Assembly: GCA_964016885.1 (NCBI GenBank) | Contig: OZ024744.1 | Span: 77,872,001 to 77,936,000 of the forward strand | Length of the DNA: 64,000 nucleotides | Direction: 5' to 3' | Source of the DNA: Eledone cirrhosa | Taxonomy: Eukaryota | Shown: positions 1 to 12,070 of the stretch, piece after piece | Layout: every line of letters begins with the position of its first letter | Position numbering within the stretch: the stretch's first letter is position 1 | Translations under genes and position numbers: made by a program | The notes under the pieces: model-generated | What the model was told of the DNA's origin: nothing | Databases searched by the model: none | What the model saw: the letters and a program-made list of their open reading frames with translations, nothing else

Positions 1-1260
1 CAGGAAGACTTCTGATATTAGTGCTGTGGAGGGAGTATGTGGACGCTGGGTTTTTACTCCCAAAATGCATGGTGGTGCACTTGTCCACAGCTAGCTTGAG
101 TTGCCAGTTTGAGATCCACTGTTGCATTGTGTCCAGGTCAGACTGCAAGCAAGATCTATAGTGTTCAGGATCTGTCCTTTTTATCTCAAGGTACAGCTTG
201 ATGTCGTCTGCGTACTTTAGTACTGTGGCATTCCTTAAGTTGGCATCTATGTCATTAATATATGCCACAAACAAAAGGGGGCCAAGAACAGATCCCTGAG
301 GTACACCAGATGACATCTCATATGGTGAGGAATGCTGTCCCAGAACCGTGACTACCTCTCTTCGACTGAGAATGAAGGACTTCAACCAGTTAAAAAGATC
401 ATCCTTCACACCCATTGCAGAGAGTTTTGCCATAAGCCTTTTGTGTGGCACAGAATTGAAGGCCTTCGCAAAGTCAAGGTAAACAACATCCACCCATGAG
501 CCGCCATCAGTGATCCGGGTGATGTCCTCAAGAAACTCTATAAGTTGATCACAGCAGCTGGAGTTGGGGATAAATCCAAATTGCGAGGGCCGGATAAGAC
601 TGTGAGAGCTCCAGAAGTTCCAAAGTGTTTCTCTGACACAGGATTCCATCAGTTTGGCGATGCAACTAGTAAGACTGACTGGACGATAGTTCACAGGTGA
701 TGTGCGGTCACCCTTTTTGAACAGAGGAATTACACTGGCAGTTTTCCACTGTTCTGGAGTAGCACTGTTGTTCAGACAGAATTGGAAGAAGCGTGATAAC
801 TGGTGTAGAAGGAAGTACCTACCACGTTTAAGAAGCAGGTACGTAACACCATCAAGACCAGGAGAGGCATGGTTGCGTTTATTTTTTAGGTGACGTCGCA
901 GCATTGCAGGTGTAAATTCCATGGTTGTAATAGAGTCCGGTGTCATAGGTGGTGGAGATGGTACATTCTGGTCTTCAATGGTGAAAATGCCTGCATAGCA
1001 TTCAGCAATGAGCTCTGCGCATTCCTTGGGGTCGTCAGTAACCTGGCTTGTGTGGGGATTGCGAAGAGGACCAACTGGAGAGTGAGGACTCTGCTTTGAG
1101 TGAACATACTTCCAGAACACCTTACTGTCAGGGCTGGTTGCTATGCGCTGCTCAAATTGAAGCACTGCCTTTTTTGTCACCTGTTTGAGGTGGTTGGACG
1201 ATCTATTTCGCCTCTTCCTGTTAATGTCTGCTTTGTGAAGTTTGTACTCACGTTCAGCAT
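1..1260 (-). mobile_element. 5'-truncated CR1-like non-LTR retrotransposon (LINE), continuing off the left edge of the window
   Basis: Manual minus-strand translation gives LINE ORF2 motifs (see the ORF2 entry). The 5' end abuts the satellite directly at ~1258-1260 (plus strand ...cgttcag|catatagtttgtagttg|gatatagtctg...). No endonuclease domain or ORF1 is present. Confidence 0.95.
2..1258 (-). pseudogene. LINE ORF2 fragment: linker plus reverse transcriptase domain, ~419 codons without a stop, lacking the N-terminus and running off the window
   Basis: Translated by hand; absent from the ORF track, presumably because it has no stop inside the window. Motifs in order: KVFWKYV, ASPGLDGV, PEQWKTASVIPLFKKGDRTSPVNYRPVSLTSCIAKLME, SQFGFIP, VDVVYLDFAKAFNSVPH, SGVPQGSVLGPLLFVAYINDI, KYADDIKLY, LQSDLD, WQLKLAVDKCTTMHFG. 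These are the canonical non-LTR RT motifs of the CR1/L2 group. Confidence 0.93.
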
Positions 1261-1684
1261 ATAGTTTGTAGTTGGATATAGTCTGTAGTGAGATATAGTC
1301 TGGGGTGAGATATAGTCTGTGGTGAAATATAGTCTATGGTGAGATATAGTCTGGGGTGAGATATAGTCTTCGGTGAGATATAGTCTGTGGTAAGATATAG
1401 TGTGGGTTGAGATATAGTCTGTAGTCAGATATAGTCTGGGGTGACATATAGTCTGTGGTGAGATAAAGTCTGTAGTGAGATATAGTCTATAGTCAGATAT
1501 AGTCTCGGGTGAGATATAGTGTGGGGTTTGATATAGTCTGTAGTCAGATATAGTCTGGGGTGAGATATAGTCTGGTCTGAGATATAGTCTGTAGTGAGAT
1601 ATAGTCTGTTGTGAGATATAGTGTGTGGTGAGATATAGTCTGGGGTGAGATATAGACTGTGGTGAGATATAGTCTGTGGTGAGA

Positions 1685-4600
1685 TATAGTCTGTAGTGAG
1701 ATATAATCTGTGGTGAGATATAGTCTGTAGTGTGATATAGTCTGTAGCGAGATATAGTCTGTGGTGAAATATAGTCTGTGGTGAGATATAGTCTGTGGTG
1801 AGATAAAGTATGTGGTGAGATATAGTCTGGGGTGAGATATAGTCTGTGGTGAGATATAGTCTGGTGTGAGATATAGTCTGGGGTGAGATATACTCTGTCA
1901 TGAAATATAGTCAGGGGTGAGATATAGTCTGTTGTGAGATATAGTCTGTTGTGAGGTATAGTCTGTTGTGAGATATAGTCTGTCGTGAGATATAGTCTGT
2001 GATGAGATATAGTCTGTGGTGGGATATAGTCTGTAGTGAGATATAGTCTGTGGTGAGATAGAGTCTGTGATGAGATATAGTCTGTGGTAGCATATAGTCT
2101 GTGGTGAGATATAGTCTGTTGTGAGATATAGTCTGTCGTGAGATATAGTCTGTTGTAAGATATAGTCTGTGGTGAGATATTGTCTATGGTGAGATATAGT
2201 CTGGTGTGAGATATAGTCTGGTGTGAGATATAGTCTGTGGTGAGATATAGTCTGTGGTGAGATATAGTCTGTGATTAGATATTGTCTGTGGTGAGATATA
2301 GTTTGTAGTAGGATATAGTCTGTAGTGAGATATAATCTGGGGTGAGATATAGTCTGTGGTGAGATATAGTCTATGGTGAGATATAGTCTGGGGTGAGATA
2401 TAATCTGGGTTGAAATATACTCTGTGGTGAGATATAGTCTGGGGTGAGATATAGCCTATGGTGAGATATAGTCTGGGGTGAGATATAGTCTTCGGTGAGA
2501 TATAGTCTGTGGTAAGATATAGTGTGGGGTGAGATATAGTCTGTAGTCAGATATAGTCTGGGGTGACATATAGTCTGTGGTGAGATAAAGTCTGTAGTGA
2601 GATATAGTCAATAGTCAGATATAGTCTCGGGTGAGATATAGTGTGGGGTTTGATATAGTCTGTAATCAGATATAGTCTGGGGTGAGATATAGTCTGGTCT
2701 GAGATATAGTCTGTAGTCAGATATAGTCTGGGGTGAGACATAGTCTGGGGTGAGATATAGTCTGGGGTGAGATATAGACTCTGGTGAGATATAGTCTGTG
2801 GTGAAATATAGTCTATGGTGAAATATAGTCTGTGTTAGGGTATAGTCTGTGGTGAGATAGAGTCTGTGGTGAGATATAGTCTGTGGTTAGATATAGTTTG
2901 TGTTGAGATATAGTCTGTGTTGAGATATAGTCTGTAGTGAGATATAGTCTGTGGTGAGATATAGTCTGTTGTGAGATATAGTCTGTGGTGAGATATAGTC
3001 TGTGGTGAGATATAGTCTGGGGTGACATATAATCTGTGGTGAGATATAATCTGTGGTGAGATATAGTCTTTGGTGAGATATAGTCTGTGGTGAGATATAG
3101 TCTGCGGTGAGATATAGTCTGTGGTGAGATATAGTCTGTGGTGAGATATAGTCTGGGGTGAGATATAGTCTGTGGTGACATATAGTCTGCGGTGAGATAT
3201 AGTCTGTGGTGAGATATAGTCTGTGGTGAGATATAGTCTGTAGTGAGATATAGTCTGTAGTGAGATATAGTCTGTGGTGAGATATAGTCTGTGGTAGGAT
3301 ATAGTCTGGGGTGAGATATAGTCTGTAGTGAGATAGAGTCTGTAGTGAGATATAGTCTGTGGTGAGATATAGTCTGTGGTGAGATATAGTCTGTGGTGAG
3401 ATATAGTCTGTGGTGAGATATAGTCTGTGGTGAGATATAGTCTGGGGTAAGATATAGTCTGTGGTGAGATATAGTCTGTGGTGAGATATAGTCTGTGGTA
3501 GGATATAGTCTGTGGTGAGATATAGTCTGTTGTGAGATATAGTCTGTTGTGAGATATAGTCTGTTGTAAGATATACTCTGTGGTGAGATATAGTGTGTTG
3601 TGAGATATAGTCTGGGTTAAGATATAGTCTTTGGTGACATATAGTCTCTGGTGAGATATAGTGTGTGGTGAGATATAGTCTGGGGTGAGATATAGTCTGT
3701 TGTGAGATATAGTCTGTGGTGAGATATAGTCTGTAGTGAGACATAGTCTGTTGTGAGATATAGTCTGTGGTAAGATATAGTCTGTGGTGAGATATTGTCT
3801 ATGGTGAGATATAGTCTGGTGTGAGATATAGTCTATAGTGAGATATAGTCTGGGGTGAGATATAGTCTGTGGTGAGATATAGTCTGTGGTGAGATATAGT
3901 CTGGGGTGAGATATAATCTGGGTTGAGATATACTCTGTGGATAGATATAGTCTGGGGTGAGATATAGTCTATGGTGAGATATAGTCTGGGTTGAGATATA
4001 ATCTGGGGTGAGATATAGTCTGTGGTAAGATATAGTGTGGAGTGAGATATAGTCTGTAGTCAGATATAGTCTGGGGTGAGATATAGTCTGGGGTGAGATA
4101 TAGTCTGTGGTGAGATATAGTCTATGGTGAGATATAGTCTGTCATGAGATATAGTGTGTGGTGAGATATAGTCTGTGGTGAGATATAGTCTGTCATGAGA
4201 TATAGTGTGTGGTGAGATATAGTCTGGGGTGAGATATAGTCTGTTGTGAGATATAGTCTGTGGTGAGATATAGTCTGTAGTGAGATATAGTCTGTGGTGA
4301 GATATAGTCTGTGGTGAGATATAGTCTGTGGTGAGATATAGTCTGTGGTGAGATATAGTCTGGGTTGAGATATAGTCTGTGGTGAGATATAGTCTGTGGT
4401 GAGATATATAGTCTGTGGTGAGATATAGTCTGTGGTGAGGTTTAGTCTGGTGTGAGATATAGTCTGGGTTTGAGATATACTCTGTCGTGAGATATAGTCA
4501 GGGGTGAGATATAGTTTGTGGTGAGATATAGTCTGGGGTAAGATATTGTCTGTGGTGATATATAGTCTGCGGTGAGATATAGTCTGTTGTGAGATATAGT

Positions 4601-7600
4601 CTGGGGTAAGATATAGTCTGTGGTGAGATATAGTCTTTGGTAAGATATAGTGTGGGGAGAGATATAGTCTGTAGTCAGATATAGTCTGGGGTGACATATA
4701 GTCTGTAGTGAGATATAATCTGTGGTGAGATATAGTCTGTAGTGTGATATAGTCTGTAGCGAGATATAGTCTGTGGTGAAATATAGTCTGTGGTGAGATA
4801 TAGTCTGTGGTGAGATAAAGTATGTGGTGAGATATAGTCTGGGGTGAGATATAGTCTGTGGTGAGATATAGTCTGGTGTGAGATATAGTCTGGGGTGAGA
4901 TATACTCTGTCATGAAATATAGTCAGGGGTGAGATATAGTCTGTTGTGAGATATAGTCTGTTGTGAGGTATAGTCTGTTGTGAGATATAGTCTGTCGTGA
5001 GATATAGTCTGTGATGAGATATAGTCTGTGGTGGGATATAGTCTGTAGTGAGATATAGTCTGTGGTGAGATAGAGTCTGTGATGAGATATAGTCTGTGGT
5101 AGCATATAGTCTGTGGTGAGATATAGTCTGTTGTGAGATATAGTCTGTCGTGAGATATAGTCTGTTGTAAGATCTAGTCTGTGGTGAGATATTGTCTATG
5201 GTGAGATATAGTCTGGTGTGAGATATAGTCTGGTGTGAGATATAGTCTGTGGTGAGATATAGTCTGTGGTGAGATATAGTCTGTGATTAGATATTGTCTG
5301 TGGTGAGATATAGTTTGTAGTAGGATATAGTCTGTAGTGAGATATAATCTGGGGTGAGATATAGTCTGTGGTGAGATATAGTCTATGGTGAGATATAGTC
5401 TGGGGTGAGATATAATCTGGGTTGAAATATACTCTGTGGTGAGATATAGTCTGGGGTGAGATATAGCCTATGGTGAGATATAGTCTGGGGTGAGATATAG
5501 TCTTCGGTGAGATATAGTCTGTGGTAAGATATAGTGTGGGGTGAGATATAGTCTGTAGTCAGATATAGTCTGGGGTGACATATAGTCTGTGGTGAGATAA
5601 AGTCTGTAGTGAGATATAGTCAATAGTCAGATATAGTCTCGGGTGAGATATAGTGTGGGGTTTGATATAGTCTGTAATCAGATATAGTCTGGGGTGAGAT
5701 ATAGTCTGGTCTGAGATATAGTCTGTAGTCAGATATAGTCTGGGGTGAGACATAGTCTGGGGTGAGATATAGTCTGGGGTGAGATATAGACTCTGGTGAG
5801 ATATAGTCTGTGGTGAAATATAGTCTATGGTGAAATATAGTCTGTGTTAGGGTATAGTCTGTGGTGAGATAGAGTCTGTGGTGAGATATAGTCTGTGGTT
5901 AGATATAGTTTGTGTTGAGATATAGTCTGTGTTGAGATATAGTCTGTAGTGAGATATAGTCTGTGGTGAGATATAGTCTGTTGTGAGATATAGTCTGTGG
6001 TGAGATATAGTCTGTGGTGAGATATAGTCTGGGGTGACATATAATCTGTGGTGAGATATAATCTGTGGTGAGATATAGTCTTTGGTGAGATATAGTCTGT
6101 GGTGAGATATAGTCTGCGGTGAGATATAGTCTGTGGTGAGATATAGTCTGTGGTGAGATATAGTCTGGGGTGAGATATAGTCTGTGGTGACATATAGTCT
6201 GCGGTGAGATATAGTCTGTGGTGAGATATAGTCTGTGGTGAGATATAGTCTGTAGTGAGATATAGTCTGTAGTGAGATATAGTCTGTGGTGAGATATAGT
6301 CTGTGGTAGGATATAGTCTGGGGTGAGATATAGTCTGTAGTGAGATAGAGTCTGTAGTGAGATATAGTCTGTGGTGAGATATAGTCTGTGGTGAGATATA
6401 GTCTGTGGTGAGATATAGTCTGTGGTGAGATATAGTCTGTGGTGAGATATAGTCTGGGGTAAGATATAGTCTGTGGTGAGATATAGTCTGTGGTGAGATA
6501 TAGTCTGTGGTAGGATATAGTCTGTGGTGAGATATAGTCTGTTGTGAGATATAGTCTGTTGTGAGATATAGTCTGTTGTAAGATATACTCTGTGGTGAGA
6601 TATAGTGTGTTGTGAGATATAGTCTGGGTTAAGATATAGTCTTTGGTGACATATAGTCTCTGGTGAGATATAGTGTGTGGTGAGATATAGTCTGGGGTGA
6701 GATATAGTCTGTTGTGAGATATAGTCTGTGGTGAGATATAGTCTGTAGTGAGACATAGTCTGTTGTGAGATATAGTCTGTGGTAAGATATAGTCTGTGGT
6801 GAGATATTGTCTATGGTGAGATATAGTCTGGTGTGAGATATAGTCTATAGTGAGATATAGTCTGGGGTGAGATATAGTCTGTGGTGAGATATAGTCTGTG
6901 GTGAGATATAGTCTGGGGTGAGATATAATCTGGGTTGAGATATACTCTGTGGATAGATATAGTCTGGGGTGAGATATAGTCTATGGTGAGATATAGTCTG
7001 GGTTGAGATATAATCTGGGGTGAGATATAGTCTGTGGTAAGATATAGTGTGGAGTGAGATATAGTCTGTAGTCAGATATAGTCTGGGGTGAGATATAGTC
7101 TGGGGTGAGATATAGTCTGTGGTGAGATATAGTCTATGGTGAGATATAGTCTGTCATGAGATATAGTGTGTGGTGAGATATAGTCTGTGGTGAGATATAG
7201 TCTGTCATGAGATATAGTGTGTGGTGAGATATAGTCTGGGGTGAGATATAGTCTGTTGTGAGATATAGTCTGTGGTGAGATATAGTCTGTAGTGAGATAT
7301 AGTCTGTGGTGAGATATAGTCTGTGGTGAGATATAGTCTGTGGTGAGATATAGTCTGTGGTGAGATATAGTCTGGGTTGAGATATAGTCTGTGGTGAGAT
7401 ATAGTCTGTGGTGAGATATATAGTCTGTGGTGAGATATAGTCTGTGGTGAGGTTTAGTCTGGTGTGAGATATAGTCTGGGTTTGAGATATACTCTGACGT
7501 GAGATATAGTCAGGGGTGAGATATAGTTTGTGGTGAGATATAGTCTGGGGTAAGATATTGTCTGTGGTGATATATAGTCTGCGGTGAGATATAGTCTGTT

Positions 7601-7718
7601 GTGAGATATAGTCTGGGGTAAGATATAGTCTGTGGTGAGATATAGTCTTTGGTAAGATATAGTGTGGGGAGAGATATAGTCTGTAGTCAGATATAGTCTG
7701 GGGTGACATATAGTCTGT
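1685..7718 (+). repeat. 3012-bp tandem duplication (two copies) within the satellite
   Basis: ORF-track pairs are offset by exactly 3012 (1911/4923, 2547/5559, 2813/5825, 2887/5899, 4122/7134). 3012 = 177x17+3, which matches one 19-bp monomer (~4401) and one 18-bp monomer (~4465) per unit. Confidence 0.92.
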
Positions 7719-10279
7719 GGTGAGATAAAGTCTGTAGTAAGATATAGTCTGTAGTCAGATATAGTCTCGGGTGAGATATAGTGTGGGGTTTGATATAGTC
7801 TGTACTCAGATATCGTCTGGGGGAGATATAGTCTGGTCTGAGATATAGTTTGTAGTGAGATATAGTCTGGGGTGAGATATAGTCTGGGGTGAGATATAGT
7901 CTGGGGTGAGATATAGTCTGTGGTGATATATAGTCTGGAGTGAGATATAGTCTGGGGTGAGATATAGTCTGTGGTGAGATATAGTCTGTGGTGAGATATA
8001 GTCTGGGGTGAGATATAGTCTGTTGTGAGATATAGTCTGTGATAAGATATAGTCTGTGGTGACATATAATCTGTGGTGAGATATAGTCTGTAGTGAGATA
8101 TAGTCTGTAGTGAGATATAGTCTGGGGTGACATATAGTATCTGGAGAAATATAGTATGTGGTGACATATAGTCTGCGGTGAGATATAGTCTGGGGTGAGA
8201 TATACTCTGTGATGAGATATAATCTGGGCTAAGTTATAGTCTGTGCTGAGCTATAGTCTTGGGTGAGATATAGTGTGTGGTAAGATATAGTCTGGGGTGA
8301 GATATAGTCTGTTGTGAGATATAGTCTGTGGTGAGATATAGTCTGTAGTGAGATATAGTCTGTTGTGAGATATAGTCTGTGGTAAGATATAGTCTGTGGT
8401 GAGATATTGTCTATGGTGAGATATAGTCTGGTGTGAGATATAGTCTGTAGTGAGATATAATCTGGGGTGAGATATAGTCTGTGGTGAGATATAGTCTGTG
8501 GTGAGATATAGTCTGGGGTGAGATATAATCTGGGTTGAGATATACTCTGTGAATAGATATAGTCTGGGGTGAGATATAGTCTGGGGTGAGATATAGTCTG
8601 GGGTGAGATATAATCTGGGGTGAGATATAGTCTGTGGTGAGATATAGTCTATAGTGAGATATAGTCTGTCATGAGATATAGTGTGTGGTGAGATATAGTC
8701 TGTGGTCAGATATAGTCTGTCATGAGATATAGTGTGTGGTGAGATATAGTCTGGGGTGAGATAAAGTCTGTTGTGAGATATAGTCTGTGGTGAGATATAG
8801 TCTGTAGTGAGATATAATCTGTGGTGAGATATAGTCTGTGGTGAGATATAGTCTGTGGTGAAATATAGTCTGTGGTGAGATATAGTCTGGGTTGAGATAT
8901 AGTCTGTGGTGAGATATAGTCTGTGGTGAGATATATAGTCTGCGGTGAGATATAGTCTGTGGTGAGGTTTAGTCTGGTGTGAGATATAGTCTGGGTTTGA
9001 GATATACTCTGTCGTGAGATATAGTCAGGGGTGAGATATAGTTTGTGGTGAGATATAGTCTGGGGTAAGATATTGTCTGTGGTGAGATATAGTCTGCGGT
9101 GAGATATAGTCTGTTGTGAGATATAGTCTGGGGTAAGATATAGTCTGTGGTGAGACATAGTCTGTGGTGGGATATAGTCTATGGTGAGATATAGTCTGGG
9201 GTGAGATATAGCCTTCGGTGAGATATAGTCTTTGGTAAGATATAGTGTGGGGAGAGATATAGTCTGTAGTCAGATATAGTCTGGGGTGACATATAGTCTG
9301 TGGTGAGATAAAGTCTGTAGTGAGATATAGTCTGTAGTCAGATATAGTCTCGGGTGAGATATAGTGTGGGGTTTGATATAGTCTGTACTCAGATATCGTC
9401 TGGGGGAGATATAGTCTGGTCTGAGATATAGTCTGTAGTGAGATATAGTCTGGGGTGAGATATAGTCTGGGGTGAGATATAGTCTGGGGTGAGATATAGT
9501 CTGTGGTGATATATAGTCTGGGGTGAGATATAGTCTGGGTTGAGATATAGTCTGTGGTGTGATATAGTCTGTGGTGAGATATAGTCTGGGGTGAGATATA
9601 GTTTGTGGTGAGATATAGTCTGTGGTGAGATATAGTCTGTAGTGAGATATAGCTTGTTGTGACATATAGTGTGTGGTGAGATATAGTCTGGGGTGAGATA
9701 TAGTCTGTAGTGAGATATAGTCTGTAGTGAGATATAGTCTGTGGTGAGATATAGTCTGGATTGAGATATAGTCTGTAATGAGATATAGTCTGTGGTGAGA
9801 TATAGTCTGTGGTAAGATATAGTTTGTGGTGAGATATAGTCTGTGGTGAGATATAGTCTGTAGTGAGATATAGTCTGTAGTGAGATATAGTCTGGGGGGA
9901 GATATAGTCTCTGGTGAGATATAGTCTTTGGTGAGATATAGTCTGTATTGAGATATAGTCTATGGTGAGATATAGTCTATGGTGAGATATAGTCTGGGGT
10001 GAGATATAGTGTGTGCTGAGATATAGTCTGTGGTGAGATATAGTCTGTGTTAGGATATAGTCTGTGGTGAGATATAGTCTGTGGTAAGATATAGTCTGTG
10101 GTGACATATAATCTGTGGTGAGATATAGTCTGTAGTGAGATATAGTCTGTGGTGAGATATAGTCTGTGTTGAGATATAGTCTGGGGTGAGATATTGTCTG
10201 TACTGAGATATAGTCTGTTGGGAGATATAGTCTGTAGTGAGATATTGTCTGTGGTGAGAGATAGTCTGTGGTGAGATAT

Positions 10280-12070
10280 AGTCTATGGTGAGATATAATC
10301 TGTGGTGACATATAGTCTGTGGTGAGATATAGTCTGTGGTGAGATATAGTCTGTGGTGAGATATAGTCTGTAGTGAGATATAGTCTGTAGTGAGATATAG
10401 TCTGTGGCGAGATATAGTCTGTGGTAGGATATAGTCTGGGGTGAGATATAGTCTGTAGTGAGATAGAGTCTGTAGTGAGATAAAGTCTGTGGTGAGATAT
10501 AGTCTGTGCTGAGATATAGTCTGTGGTGAGATATAGTCTGTGGTGAGATATAGTCTGGGGTAAGATATAGTCTGTGGTGAGATATAGTCTGTGGTAGGAT
10601 ATAGTCTGTGGTGTGATATAGTCTGTTGTGAGATATAGTCTGTGGTAGGATATAGTCTGTGGTGAGATATAGTCTGTGGTGAGATATAGTCTGTGGTAGG
10701 ATATAGTCTGTGGTGTGATATAGTCTGTGGTGAGATATAGTCTGTGGTGAGATATAGTCTGTTGTGAGATATAGTCTGGGGTAAGATATAGTCTGTGGTG
10801 AGATATAGTCTGTGGTGAGATATAGTCTGTGGTAGGATATAGTCTGTGGTGTGATATAGTCTGTTGTGAGATATAGTCTGTCGTGAGATATAGTCTGTTG
10901 TAAGATATACTCTGTGGTGAGATATAGTGTGTTGTGAGATATAGGCTTGGGTAAGATATAGTCTTTGGTGACATATAGTCTCTGGTGAGATATAGTGTGT
11001 GGTGAGATATAGTCTGGGGTGAGATATAGTCTGTTGTGAGATATAGTCTGTGGTCAGATATAGTGTGTAGTGAGATATAGTCTGTTGTGAGATATAGTCT
11101 GTGGTAAGATATAGTCTGTGGTGAGATTTTGTCTATGGTGAGATATAGTCTGGTGTGAGATATAGTCTGTAGTGAGATATAATCTGGGGTGAGATATAGT
11201 CTGTGGTGAGATATAGTCTGTGGTGAGATATAGTCTATGGTGAGATATAATCTGTGGTGACATATAGTCTGTGGTGAGATATAGTCTGTGGTGAGATATA
11301 GTCTGTGGTGAGATATAGTCTGTAGTGAGATATAGTCTGTAGTGAGATATAGTCTGTGGCGAGATATAGTCTGTGGTAGGATATAGTCTGGGGTGAGATA
11401 TAGTCTGTAGTGAGATAGAGTCTGTAGTGAGATATAGTCTGTGGTGAGATATAGTCTGTGGTGAGATATAGTCTGTGGTGAGATATAGTCTGTGGTGAGA
11501 TATAGTCTGGGGTAAGATATAGTCTGTGGTGAGATATAGTCTGTGGTGAGATATAGTCTGTGGTAGGATATAGTCTGTGGTGTGATATAGTCTGTGGTGA
11601 GATATAGTCTGTGGTGAGATATAGTCTGTTGTGAGATATAGTCTGGGGTAAGATATAGTCTGTGGTGAGATATAGTCTGTGGTGAGATATAGTCTGTGGT
11701 AGGATATAGTCTGTGGTGTGATATAGTCTGTTGTGAGATATAGTCTGTCGTGAGATATAGTCTGTTGTAAGATATACTCTGTGGTGAGATGTAGTGTGTT
11801 GTGAGATATAGGCTTGGGTAAGATATAGTCTTTGGTGACATATAGTCTCTGGTGAGATATAGTGTGTGGTGAGATATAGTCTGGGGTGAGATATAGTCTG
11901 TTGTGAGATATAGTCTCTGGTCAGATATAGTGTGTAGTGAGATATAGTCTGTTGTGAGATATAGTCTGTGGTAAGATATAGTCTGTGGTGAGATTTTGTC
12001 TATGGTGAGATATAGTCTGGTGTGAGATATAGTCTGTAGTGAGATATAATCTGGGGTGAGATATAGTCTG
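10280..12070 (+). repeat. ~867-bp (51-monomer) local duplication within the satellite
   Basis: The rare variant ggcttgggtaaga occurs at 10944 and 11811 (offset 867 = 51x17), and neighbouring variants repeat in the same order. Boundaries are approximate. Confidence 0.75.

Noticed and set aside
702-1099. Plus-strand ORFs 702..893 and 890..1099
   Set aside because: They are antisense shadows of the minus-strand RT frame.
1258-1340. In-frame fusion of satellite repeat peptide to the LINE RT
   Set aside because: The RT frame extends only ~25 codons into the satellite before an upstream in-frame TAG (plus-strand cta at 1334-1336), and there is no ATG in that stretch.
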